In this document: positions 51,781 to 61,075 of the stretch, piece by piece
Layout of the letters: each line of letters begins with the position of its first letter
Numbering within the stretch: position 1 is the first letter of the stretch
Origin: Naegleria gruberi
Taxonomy: Eukaryota
NCBI GenBank assembly: GCA_000004985.1
Contig: GG738878.1
Strand: one strand, 5' to 3'
Length of the DNA stretch: 64,000 nt
The notes under the pieces: generated by a model
What the model saw: the letters and a program-made list of their open reading frames with translations, nothing else
Database searches by the model: none
What the model was told of the DNA's origin: nothing
Program-made: the position numbers and the translations under genes

Positions 51781-53206
51781 TTATTGAATGAGATCAGAGA
51801 TGGCTCTTTGAATATCACCTTCATACCTATTCAATAAGGTAATATTAAGAATGTGATTGGTGAAACCCATTTGATTCAATAATTTCAATTCTTTTTGATA
51901 TTTGTGTGGAATGGTTGTTTTCACAACTGGTTCTTCTTCTTCATCAGGAATTGATTCAATAATTGGATCTTGATTTTCAAGATTTTGATTGGAAACTTGT
52001 TGAGCTTGTTGTTGATTGACTGATTCATTTTCTTCTTGAGAAGCAATTGTTTCTTGTTGAATTTGTTCAACGACTGATTCAATTGGTTGATCTTCAATTA
52101 AATTGGAGAGAAGCAATGAAGTGGTCATTGTTGGAGTATTTTCAGTAACAATTTCTTAGTTCTTGAATTGGTTCTTCTTCTTTTGGTTGAGAAACAACAA
52201 TTGCAGATGGAGAAGTTTGAATTGGTTTCTCTTCTTGTTTCTTTTCTTGAGTTTGTGATTGTTGACTCTTTTGCTCTTCTTCTCTCATTTCCTTCATTCT
52301 TTGAAGTAATAATTCTCTGAATGATTGAGGTGTAGTTTCCTTCTTTTCTTTCTTTGTTTCTTCCTTTTCTGGTTGTTGTTGTTGTTGAGCAGCTTCATTA
52401 CTTGTTGGAATTCCCAAAAGATCAGCAAGACTAATTTCAATTCTTCTCACTTTTGGTTTTGTTTGAGGAGTGGAAGCAGAAACTTGTGGAAAGAATGATT
52501 GTTTTGGTTGAGCTGGATTTTCATTTGAGAAGGCAGATCTAAATGCCTTTTCAATCATATTTTCCCAAGATTGTTCTGCTTGTTGTTGAGGAGATTGTTT
52601 CTTTTGAGATTCAACTCTTGGTTGTTGGAATTGAGCAAATAAACATGCTGATGGTGATGCTTGTGAAATTCTATTGAAGGCAATATGTTGTTGAGGATAT
52701 TGTTGAGGATATGCTTGTTGTTGTGGTGATTTGATTGATTTCTTTTCACAAATAATCTTGGTCAATTTTCCTTTCATTAATTTCAACATGAATTGGAAAT
52801 CTCTTAAATTGGTCAATGAAACCAAATCATCTTCATCATCAACATAATGTAATTCAAATTGTCTCCTATCAATGGAATGTTCTCTCAAAACTCTATCAAA
52901 TAATTCGAAACTTCTCTCATGATTAGAATCAATTTCAAATCTCAAAACATTTGAAGCACTATTCAAATTGTGATTGAATTTTCCTTCAAAAACATAAATT
53001 TTGAATGGAACATTTCTTTCAACTTGTCTTGTTTGTGGAGAAATCAAAAGTGGAATTTTCTTTACATTATTTGCAAAATGTTGAGTTGGATAATCATTGA
53101 ATGATGAAGTTTCTCTCAAATTTGGATAAGAAACTTGTCTTGGAATAGTTTGTTGTTGAGGTTGGAAAGCAGCTGCAGTAGAAATTGGAATGTGGATGAA
53201 ACTCAT
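51781..53206 (-). CDS. PB1-domain ... UBA-domain protein (p62/NBR1-like architecture without a ZZ finger); two adjacent ORFs 53206..52142 and 52128..51781
   Basis: N-terminal PB1: FKIYVFEGKFNHNL..RFEIDSNHERSFELFDRVLREHSIDRRQFELHYVDDEDDLVSLTNLRDFQFMLKL. A Q/P-rich linker follows. C-terminal UBA: ELKLLNQMGFTNHILNITLLNRYEGDIQRAISDLIQ. The ORFs are in different frames, 13 nt apart. They can be joined by a 58-nt GTTACT...TTGAAG intron (weak donor) or may reflect a frameshift. Confidence 0.55.
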
Positions 53207-53384
53207 TTTGATTTGGTTGATTGATATTTAGTAGTAGTATTATTTACACTTCTTAATATTCAGATTTTGTACACAAAATTTGACAAGTAGTTTAAAAGAC
53301 TAGTTGTTGATGTTAATTAATTTTTTTTCTTATTGTTTTGCTTTCACATTTTTCACTCTTGATCTATTTATAGTTTTGATAAGG

Positions 53385-53640
53385 AAAATAATTTGAACGT
53401 GCTCAATACTTTGTACTCACAACAAGCGCAGTTATTTTTGTCGATTGAGTGAAGAACTCACAAATTCTTAATGTGTGATTGAAGGAAAGGAACCCACGGA
53501 ATTTCATACGGAATGTTATTTTTATCTTCGGAAGCAGAAATTTCCTTACTCGATTAAACTCAAGGAAACCAAAACAATCAAATGATAACATTCTTCCAAT
53601 CATTCAGTAAGGAAGTCATCAAAATTACACCCCATGTTTT
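53385..53640. repeat. About 250-bp non-coding block downstream of LRR gene copy 1; a paralogue of the block at 55437..55715
   Basis: Shared strings aatttgaacgtgctcaatactttg, aagaactcacaa.tt.ttaatgtgt, ggaac..ac..aatttca.acggaat.tta.t.tttatcttc..agaaatttccttact.gattaaact, at about 75% identity in the same order and orientation. Confidence 0.6.
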
Positions 53641-53876
53641 TACCTCCCTCTGCCCTCAATGTTATTGTTCTGTTCAATTCTTGCTTGGATGGAATAATAA
53701 TGGAGGAGGATAGGAATCTACATCTTTAACGGTCATTCTTTCATACTTTCAATCTCAGTACTGAAGATTGATCCGTTTTGTTTGAAGAAATGAACATTAT
53801 TCTATAACTTATCAAAGTGTTACTAAGGGATGAGAGAAAAATTTCAAACTGGGGATCTGGAAAGCTTAAACTTCAC

Positions 53877-55154
53877 TCAATATAATCCCTTATATGTAAG
53901 TGATGTTAATTGTTTCATTTCCCTTATATATTTGACTCCTTCATCACCAATTCGATTGGCACGAATATTAAGTGATATCAACTGTTTCATTTCACTTATC
54001 AATTTGGTTCCTTCATCACCAATTTGATTGTAAGAAATATCAAGTGATTTTAATTGTTTCATTTCACTCATAGATTTGGCTCCTTCATCACCAATTCGAT
54101 TGCCAGAAATATTAAGTGATGTTAATTGTTTCATTTCACTTATTAATTTGGCTCCTTCATCACCAATTTGATTGTTAGAAATATCAAGTGATGTTAATTG
54201 TTTCATTTCACTTATCAATTTGACTCCTTCACCACCAATTTGATTGTTAGAAATATTAAGTGATGTTAATTGTTTCATTTCACTTATCAATTTGGCTCCT
54301 TCATCACCAATTAGATTGTCAGAAATATTAAGTGATGTTAATTGTTTCATTTCACTTATAAACTTGGCTCCTTCTACACCAATTAGATTGTCAGAAATAT
54401 CAAGTGATGTTAATTGTTTCATTTCACTTATGAATTTGGCTCCTTCACCACCAATTTGAGTGAAACCAATATTAAGTGATGTTAATTGTCTGGTTTCACT
54501 TATCAATTTGGCTCCTTCATCACCAATTTCATTTTCACAAATATTAAGTGATATCAACTGTTTCATTTCACTTAGATATTTGGCCCCTTCTACACCAATT
54601 CGATTGCAACAAATATTAAGTGATGTTAATTGTTTCATTTCACTTATCAATTTGGCTCCTTCATCACCAATTAGATTGTCAGAAATATTAAGTGATGTTA
54701 ATTGTTTCATTTCACTTATCAATTTGGCTTCTTCATCACCAATTTCATTTTTACCAATATTGAGTGATATCAACTGTTTCATTTCACTTATCAATTTGGC
54801 TTCATCACCAATTCCATTGCCAGAAATATCAAGTGATGTCAATTGTTTCATTTTGCTAATGAATTTGGCTTCTTCAAAAGAATCAAGCAACCAATCAGAA
54901 TATGTAACATTAACAATACAATTCATAAATTGACTTTTCAAAAATAATTGAACTCGTGTCTTTGTAAATTTTTTGTTAAATTGAATAGCAAGTTTTGAAC
55001 GTTCCTTGATCACATTAAAGAATTGTTTTGAAATCAAGGAACAATTATTTAAAATAAACCATGAATCATCAATCATGGAAATTATTTCAAAACAAATGTC
55101 ATCTGAAAATATTTCTTGTTCCACTTTCACACCCTTTTTTACTTTCTCTTCCAT
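53877..55154 (-). CDS. F-box / leucine-rich-repeat protein (RNI-like 24-residue repeats), copy 1 of a tandem pair
   Basis: N-terminal F-box-like segment EIFSDDICFEIISMIDDSWFILNNCSLISKQFFNVIKERSKL. It is followed by about 13 near-identical repeats of LISEMKQLTSLNISxNxIGDEGAK. Real ATG at 55154. Confidence 0.7.
   Translation of the reverse strand: MEEKVKKGVKVEQEIFSDDICFEIISMIDDSWFILNNCSLISKQFFNVIKERSKLAIQFNKKFTKTRVQLFLKSQFMNCIVNVTYSDWLLDSFEEAKFISKMKQLTSLDISGNGIGDEAKLISEMKQLISLNIGKNEIGDEEAKLISEMKQLTSLNISDNLIGDEGAKLISEMKQLTSLNICCNRIGVEGAKYLSEMKQLISLNICENEIGDEGAKLISETRQLTSLNIGFTQIGGEGAKFISEMKQLTSLDISDNLIGVEGAKFISEMKQLTSLNISDNLIGDEGAKLISEMKQLTSLNISNNQIGGEGVKLISEMKQLTSLDISNNQIGDEGAKLISEMKQLTSLNISGNRIGDEGAKSMSEMKQLKSLDISYNQIGDEGTKLISEMKQLISLNIRANRIGDEGVKYIREMKQLTSLTYKGLY
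53900..54850. repeat. Tandem array of about 13 units of a 72-bp coding repeat (24-aa LRR unit) inside F-box/LRR gene copy 1
   Basis: Recurring ..ttaagtgatgttaattgtttcatttcacttatcaatttggctccttcatcaccaattagattg.. with 72-bp periodicity. The antisense + strand ORFs (NCFISLINLAPSSPIR...) are mirror translations of the same repeat. Confidence 0.8.
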
Positions 55155-55436
55155 ATTATTATTATTAAAATTGTTAGTGAATATTATTTGTTAAATATCT
55201 CCTCCGAATTAATGAATTGCTGATTTTCAAATTCTTATTTTTTTTTAAATGAGAAAATTTACACAGTTCGGACGATCATATGTTTTTTTAATAAATATTT
55301 AATATTTACTATTAGATGTAATTAGAAAAGTTGGGATAGGAAGATAGGAACTATTGTGCTTTGAAATATTTACATGAACCAATTTTATTCACCGAGTACA
55401 AATCAAACAATATTATATTGAATAATAAGAAAGATA

Positions 55437-55715
55437 GGGAAAACAATTTGAACGTGCTCAATACTTTGAATCACAACACAAATCCAGATTTATTGAATTG
55501 TTCTTTGCAGATTAAGTAAGAACTCACAATTTGTTAATGTGTATGAAAGGAACTTACAAAATTTCACACGGAATTTTATGTTTATCTTCAGGCAGAAATT
55601 TCCTTACTAGATTAAACTACCCATTCTATAACAAAAATAACAAAATCACATTCCGTATGAAATTCCAATCAAGTGATAACATTGATAAGTTATAGAATAA
55701 TGTTCATTTCTTCAA
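55437..55715. repeat. Paralogous downstream block of LRR gene copy 2, with an internal inverted repeat
   Basis: Same shared strings as 53385..53640. It additionally contains aaatttcacacggaatt ... cattccgtatgaaattcc, an inverted pair about 110 nt apart. The 32-nt segment gataagttatagaataatgttcatttcttcaa (55681..55712) occurs reverse-complemented at 53796..53830. Confidence 0.6.
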
Positions 55716-55772
55716 ATACAAGCAAGAGTCTTTAAAGCTAAGATTGGGAAGGTCTTCACTCAATTTAATCCC

Positions 55773-57128
55773 TTATATGAGCGTAATTGATGTTAATTGT
55801 TTCATTTCACTTATCAATTTGGCTCCTTCACCACCAATTCGATTGTCAGCAATATTAAGTGATGTTAATTGTTTCATTTCACTTATAAGTTTAGCTCCTT
55901 CTATACCAATTTGATTGTAAGAAATATCAAGTGATTTTAATTGTTTCATTTCACTTATCAATTTGGTTTCTTCATCACCAATTTCATTGTTAGAAATATT
56001 AAGTAATGTTAATTGTCTCATTTCACTTATCAATTTGGTTCCTTCATTACTAATTCGATTGCTACGAATATTAAGTGATATCAACTGTTTCATTTCACTT
56101 ATCAATTTGACTCCTTCTATACCAATTCTATTGTTAGAAATATTAAGTGATCTTAATTGTCTCATTTCACTTATGAATTTGGCTCCTTGATTAACAATTC
56201 GATTGGCACGAATATTAAGTGATATCAACTGCTTCATTTCACTTATCAATTTGGCTCCTTCATCACCAATTAGATTGTTAGAAATATTAAGTGATGTTAA
56301 TTGTTTCATTTCACTTATCAATTTGGTTCCTTCTATACCAATATCACTTTCACCAATATTAAGCGATGTTAATTGTCTCATTTCACTTATCAATTTGACT
56401 CCTTCAATACCAATTCGATTGCCACAAATATTAAGTGATGTTAATTGTCTCATTTCACGTATGCATTTGGCTCCTTCAACATCAACTTGAGTGTAAGAAA
56501 TATCAAGTGATGCTAATTGTTTCATTTCACTTATATATTTGGCTCCTTCATCAATTTCATTTTTACCAATATTGAGTGATATCAACTGTTTCATTTCACT
56601 TAGATATTTGGCTCCTTCATCACCAATTAGATTGGCAGAAATATCAAGTGACGTTAATTGTTTCATTTCACTTATCAATTTGGCTTCTTCATCACCAATT
56701 CCATTGCCAGAAATACTAAGTGATGTCAATTGTTTCATTTTACTAATGAATTTGGCTTCTTCAAAAGAATCAAGCAACCAATCAGAATATGTAACATTAA
56801 CAATACAATTCATAAATTGACTTTTCAAAAATAATTGAACTCGTTTCTTTGTAAATTTTTTTTTAAATTGAATAGTAAGTTTTGAACGTTCCTTGATCAC
56901 ATTAAAGAATTGTTTTGAAATCAAGGAACAATTATTTAAAATAAACCATGAATCATCAATCATGGAAATTATTTCAAAACAAATGTCATCTGAAAATATT
57001 TCATGTTCCAGTTTTACAACCTTTTTTGATTTCTCTTCCATATTATTATTATTAAAATTGTTAGTGAATATTTCCTCCGAATTAATGAATTGATGATTTT
57101 CAAAATCTTGTCTGTTTCGTTTGCTCAT
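55773..57128 (-). CDS. F-box / leucine-rich-repeat protein, copy 2 of the tandem pair (longer N-terminus)
   Basis: Same F-box segment and the same 24-residue LRR units (GAKLISEMKQLTSLNI..). About 80% nucleotide identity to copy 1 in the repeat block. It has a 30-aa N-terminal extension MSKRNRQDFENHQF.. Real ATG at 57128. Confidence 0.7.
   Translation of the reverse strand: MSKRNRQDFENHQFINSEEIFTNNFNNNNMEEKSKKVVKLEHEIFSDDICFEIISMIDDSWFILNNCSLISKQFFNVIKERSKLTIQFKKKFTKKRVQLFLKSQFMNCIVNVTYSDWLLDSFEEAKFISKMKQLTSLSISGNGIGDEEAKLISEMKQLTSLDISANLIGDEGAKYLSEMKQLISLNIGKNEIDEGAKYISEMKQLASLDISYTQVDVEGAKCIREMRQLTSLNICGNRIGIEGVKLISEMRQLTSLNIGESDIGIEGTKLISEMKQLTSLNISNNLIGDEGAKLISEMKQLISLNIRANRIVNQGAKFISEMRQLRSLNISNNRIGIEGVKLISEMKQLISLNIRSNRISNEGTKLISEMRQLTLLNISNNEIGDEETKLISEMKQLKSLDISYNQIGIEGAKLISEMKQLTSLNIADNRIGGEGAKLISEMKQLTSITLI
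55790..56770. repeat. Tandem array of about 13 units of the same 72-bp LRR-coding repeat inside F-box/LRR gene copy 2
   Basis: Same unit as in 53900..54850, with diverged copies. The reverse-strand ORFs 55963..56820 are repeat artefacts. Confidence 0.8.
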
Positions 57129-57328
57129 TTTTTAATAAAATTTTAATAATATTTAATTTTTTTAGAATATGGTGTGATTGATCACTTGTAAGTATTGACT
57201 TCATCACAATCCTTCAAGTGTTCTCTTTATTGGTATGGTTAATGTATTATTCTCCATTTGTAGTAGTGACCTTTTTGTGAGTTAATTTCTTGCAGTTTTA
57301 ATTTGGTAAAGATTTTGATTCATCTCAA

Positions 57329-57628
57329 TCAATGCTCATTATTCTTGATTTCTTTAAATTGTTCCAAAACATCGAATTCATGTTCCAAAACATCATCCAA
57401 TTCATTTGCCTGTTGTTGTTGAGATGTAAAATCATCATTAGTATTGCGCCATCCTTTCGTGAGGAGGAAATTCTTCAAGAAGTTTTCATTATTATCATTT
57501 AGTTCATGATTATTTACATCTTGATTATCAAGATTCAACGATTTGATCTTGTCAAGAGATTTTTCAATATCTTCTTCGAGTGGAATTTCCTCCTTTTCAA
57601 CATTTTCGTCGGCTTTAGTTTGTGACAT
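57329..57628 (-). CDS. Small acidic protein (99 aa), unknown function
   Basis: Intact ORF with a real ATG at 57628. D/E/N-rich. No motif recognised. Confidence 0.35.
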   Translation of the reverse strand: MSQTKADENVEKEEIPLEEDIEKSLDKIKSLNLDNQDVNNHELNDNNENFLKNFLLTKGWRNTNDDFTSQQQQANELDDVLEHEFDVLEQFKEIKNNEH

Positions 57629-57714
57629 TTTTTTTCAATTTGTTTGGATTTATTGTTGATCATTCAAGTAGTTTGTGTAACAATTATTGTTGTTTTATTA
57701 CAAGATAGCTTGAT

Positions 57715-59577
57715 TTAATCAGAATCTTCGTCTGTGCTACTCATATCCAAATCATCTTCTTCATCTTCATCAGAATCTGATGAGGACATGCTCAGTGAAA
57801 TATCTGAATCAGAATCGTCCTTTTGTTGCTGTTGCTGTTGTTGAGCTTGTTTGGATCCAATGATTTTAGTGGTTGGTACAGTGGTGGTAGTTGGTGTGCT
57901 TGTTGCTGATTTGGGAGTGTTATTGGAATTGGCATTGTTGGATGGAGAGGAAGATAGTTGGGCACTACTATTATTGTTATAGAGCTTGGATAGGAGTTCA
58001 GATTGCATGAAATTGGATTCAATGGTTGGAGGTGATTGAACCATTGGTTGAGCAGCTGTTGTGGAGGGAGTTGTAGAAATTGGATTGGAGGAGGTGATTG
58101 GCTTATTTGGTGATGTGGTTGGTTGGGAGTTGTTTTGTGAAGGGGTAGAAACTTGACGAATGGTTTGGTTGGAAGTTTTTGTAAAACTGGAAACCGTGTT
58201 GAGAGGTTTGGCAGCTGTATTTGATGGTTTGGCAGCAATCACTCTTGGAATACTCTTGATATGATTCTCAATTTCTTGCTCTGATCGTTTCATTAACCAA
58301 GCATATTCATCTTCAGTATTCGAATCATCTTTGGTAATGGAAACAACATCCTGCTCCACAAGTTTATCCTTTCTATTTTCTACAATTCTAATACAATCCA
58401 AACTTCCAGAATTTTCCATATTTTGATAAAGTGGATTTAAGAATTCAATTTCGTTAGCATCCAATTCAAATCTTTCAATGAAAAACAAAACCCAATCGAA
58501 TGGGGTTGGTGTTTGTGAGTTTGAGCCACCACTATGAGATTTTAGCAATGAAGTTAATGTGGATTGACCAATTATTTGTTGACCACTTGATTGTGGAAGA
58601 ATTCCAGTAGGTGTCAGCGATTTTCTCTTTTCACTCACAGTCAATCCACCTGTATTCACAGGAGAAGATGTCATTCCTAATGAGCCAACAATTGGAGAAC
58701 CCAAAGCAAATTTAGCACTCAATCTCTTATTATTAGGTCCTAACATTTGTTGTGAGACCATGAATTTCAGATCATTTGATTTCAGGGTGATTTGATGTTT
58801 CAGGGAGGCAAATTGTTGAGACATTTGAAGTAGCATGTTTGATTGTTTCAAATGTGATTTAATATCTGATGTGGAGGTTATAAATTGATAGCCATGTGGT
58901 GGAATGAATTGTGGTTGTGAATCTCCTCTCACCTCATCATAATATTCTTCTCTATTGAGAATATTTTCTAATTCTGATGGAATTTCAAAAATCTGATCAA
59001 ATCCAAGCTTGAAAGAAGGATCCTTATCACAAATATTACTCAATGCAAATGTAAATTGTAACAATTGCTGATCATTATCAAAGGAAAAGACAAATTCTTG
59101 AGTTTCATTCTCATTTACAACATGATAGAGAACTAGACGATTTGACTTGGCAAAAACATCTTTTTCTTCACTTGGTGTATAGTCATCTTCATAATCATCA
59201 TAATCACTTGAATCACTTTGCATTGATTCTTTTCTCTTTCTATTCAATTCTTGAACTTTCTCATCAGGAGTTTTCACATTTCTAATCTGAACAAAGAAAC
59301 TATAATTCTTGATTGGAATACAATCTCTCAACTTGAGATTTTCATTAAATAAAAAGATGGCATATTCGCCTCCATTCTGACGATGATAAATTAATGTCAA
59401 TAAAACAACACGATGTTTAGTTTCGGAAATTATTTGGGTGACAGGACAGAGAAATCTACATTGTTCTAGATTAGGATTTAGAATAGATGTTATTTCTTTG
59501 TGTATGGAGTTAAGTGTACGAAGTGTTTTTAGTTTTGAATTTGATGAAGTGATTGAAGGAAGATCAACATCAGCCAT
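57715..59577 (-). CDS. Hypothetical protein (620 aa) with a structured N-terminal about 220 aa and a long Ser/Thr/Pro/Gln-rich, acidic-tailed C-terminal region
   Basis: Real ATG at 59577. The N-terminal region (..RFLCPVTQIISETKHRVVLLTLIYHRQNGGEYAIFLFNENLKL..VLYHVVNENETQEFVFSFDNDQQLLQFTFALSN) looks globular (PH/GRAM-like?). The remainder is low complexity and ends in a DSDSD acidic tail. Confidence 0.45.
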   Translation of the reverse strand: MADVDLPSITSSNSKLKTLRTLNSIHKEITSILNPNLEQCRFLCPVTQIISETKHRVVLLTLIYHRQNGGEYAIFLFNENLKLRDCIPIKNYSFFVQIRNVKTPDEKVQELNRKRKESMQSDSSDYDDYEDDYTPSEEKDVFAKSNRLVLYHVVNENETQEFVFSFDNDQQLLQFTFALSNICDKDPSFKLGFDQIFEIPSELENILNREEYYDEVRGDSQPQFIPPHGYQFITSTSDIKSHLKQSNMLLQMSQQFASLKHQITLKSNDLKFMVSQQMLGPNNKRLSAKFALGSPIVGSLGMTSSPVNTGGLTVSEKRKSLTPTGILPQSSGQQIIGQSTLTSLLKSHSGGSNSQTPTPFDWVLFFIERFELDANEIEFLNPLYQNMENSGSLDCIRIVENRKDKLVEQDVVSITKDDSNTEDEYAWLMKRSEQEIENHIKSIPRVIAAKPSNTAAKPLNTVSSFTKTSNQTIRQVSTPSQNNSQPTTSPNKPITSSNPISTTPSTTAAQPMVQSPPTIESNFMQSELLSKLYNNNSSAQLSSSPSNNANSNNTPKSATSTPTTTTVPTTKIIGSKQAQQQQQQQKDDSDSDISLSMSSSDSDEDEEDDLDMSSTDEDSD

Positions 59578-59747
59578 TTTTTTTATGATGAATTAATTAT
59601 CAATTATTGACAGGTGAGGATGATTGCTTTTTGGCCAATGGGCACAACTTTAAAGTACTTTAATTTGTTTTTACCGTAGTTTGGTTTGAGATGGAAGTAA
59701 ATATAAAAGGAAGTGTTAAGAAGTATTGAAAAAATGCAGATTTGTTT

Positions 59748-59800
59748 TGGTCGTTAAACGGTATCGAACCTGCGACCAAAAAAATGGCTTATTATCATTT
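59748..59800 (-). pseudogene. tRNA-derived fragment / degenerate tRNA-Ile-like 3' half
   Basis: The minus-strand sequence ..CTAATAAGCCATTTTTTTGGTCGCAGGTTCGATACCGTTTAACGACCA shares the anticodon loop, variable arm and TΨC loop (GGTTCGAT) with the tRNA-Ile gene at 60904..60976. A T7 insertion is present. Neither a D-arm nor a matching 5' acceptor strand is present. Confidence 0.35.
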
Positions 59801-60086
59801 TATCAACCACATGAAGGAATTAGAGTATTATTTTCGAAACAACCTTGACAATGGCAATTTTCATTAAGAATAACAGAATTAATGTTGTACTCATTGATCT
59901 TAATTATAATCTTTGTTGTAATAGGATTACAATGACCTAATTTTCTTGGAAAATCATCTCCCAAAAAGTTTTAATTGCGCTTCAACATTCCTTCCAATGC
60001 CATTATTACTACTACGATGGTTTTCCTATCAATCAAACAAGTACGAAAGAAGTTGACAAAAAAACTATTCACACAAACTCAACAAA

Positions 60087-60713
60087 ATGCAAAGAAAAAG
60101 TTCTAATTTGTTCCATGTTGTTGTTGGCAGGATTGGAAAACCATTGCCAATACTTGCTGAAAATTCATATGATCGTTCAATTACTTTACTTTCGAATAAT
60201 GCGTATAACATTCGAACAGAGTTTCAGAAAATAGATTACAATCCATACGTTGTAATATTTCTAAGTCCACCAACTCCAGAAGGAGAAACCACCAGAATTT
60301 CTTTCAGATTAACCTATTCTGTTTCGTATATTTCTAACAAACCATTTTACAAATATTATTATGGAGATGGAGATAATAGAACTAAGTATGAGATTTCATA
60401 CTATTACAAAGATAATTCACCAATTGGAAAATTAACATCAACTTTTATCTTTAGTTCATCAATTACATTTACTGTAAATCCAAATGCATATAATGGAGAA
60501 ACAATTAATCCAACAACTATTCGATTCACAGAAACCAATTTAACTACTGCTTCAAGTCCAACTGTCCATTTCCTACCAAGTGATACACGATTTGACAAGT
60601 GCTCAAGAATACTTGACATGAGACAAAAGCCAGAAACTTCAACAATTATCGTTGCTGTGGTTCTTCCTGTTTGTGCCTGTTTAATGATTGCATTGTTTGT
60701 TACCATGTTTTGA
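60087..60713 (+). CDS. Hypothetical single-pass membrane protein (208 aa) ending immediately after a TM helix
   Basis: Real ATG at 60087. Y/N/T-rich beta-like ectodomain. The C-terminal TM TSTIIVAVVLPVCACLMIALFVTMF runs straight into TGA. The same frame then stays open for 62 more codons of Gly-rich sequence. Confidence 0.45.
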   Translation: MQRKSSNLFHVVVGRIGKPLPILAENSYDRSITLLSNNAYNIRTEFQKIDYNPYVVIFLSPPTPEGETTRISFRLTYSVSYISNKPFYKYYYGDGDNRTKYEISYYYKDNSPIGKLTSTFIFSSSITFTVNPNAYNGETINPTTIRFTETNLTTASSPTVHFLPSDTRFDKCSRILDMRQKPETSTIIVAVVLPVCACLMIALFVTMF

Positions 60714-60903
60714 GGACGTGGTGGAGATGGAGGTGGTGGAGGAGGTAATAATGATCGTGGATCAACTGGTTACAGCAATTTCAATGATTGTTCCAATAAC
60801 AATAATGATTCAGGTGGAGGCGGATATTATACGAGTGGTGGAGGTTCTGGTTTTGCTGATTAGTAAAATTATGAATGGAAATGAGCCTTCTTTATAAAAC
60901 ATC

Positions 60904-60976
60904 TGCTGACGGACGGGATCGAACCGGCGACCAATGGCTTATTAGACCAACGCTCTACCGACTGAGCTACGCCAGC
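60904..60976 (-). tRNA. tRNA-Ile, anticodon AAT
   Basis: Minus strand GCTGGCGTAGCTCAGTCGGTAGAGCGTTGGTCTAATAAGCCATTGGTCGCCGGTTCGATCCCGTCCGTCAGCA folds as a 73-nt cloverleaf. The 7-bp acceptor stem includes one G·U pair. The D-arm is GCTC/GAGC with an AGTCGGTA loop. Conserved residues U8, A14, G18, G19, U33, purine 37, G53 and TΨCGA are present. The anticodon loop is CTAATAA, giving anticodon AAT. There is one mismatch each in the anticodon and T stems. No CCA is encoded, as in eukaryotes. Confidence 0.75.
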
Positions 60977-61075
60977 TTATTATCTACCTTATCTTCCTTA
61001 ATCATTACCTTAGATATGGTAGTGTTTCTTGAAATTGGTTTATTTTGAATTCCTTGTTGTAAATCGTCCAACAAT

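Noticed and set aside
54244-54933. Plus-strand ORFs translating as NCFISLINLAPSSPIRL... opposite the F-box/LRR genes (also 55963..56820)
   Set aside because: They are mirror-frame translations of the 72-bp tandem coding repeat. Periodicity keeps any frame open. The minus-strand reading gives coherent F-box/LRR proteins with real ATGs.
53900-56770. Considered whether the regular 72-bp repeat arrays could be CRISPR-like or satellite DNA
   Set aside because: The units are contiguous with no spacers, lie in-frame within long ORFs and encode canonical 24-residue LRRs. The context is eukaryotic (introns, nuclear tRNA).
57792-58238. 148-aa Pro/Gln-rich ORF inside the 57715..59577 gene, and similar ORFs 46417..46659 and 52555..52749
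   Set aside because: They are alternative frames through CAA/CAG/CCA-rich low-complexity coding sequence. They have no start context, and the main frames are far longer.
59748-59800. Second tRNA gene
   Set aside because: Only the 3' half resembles tRNA-Ile. No D-arm or complementary acceptor strand is present, and the T-stem does not pair. Recorded as a tRNA-derived fragment, not a functional gene.
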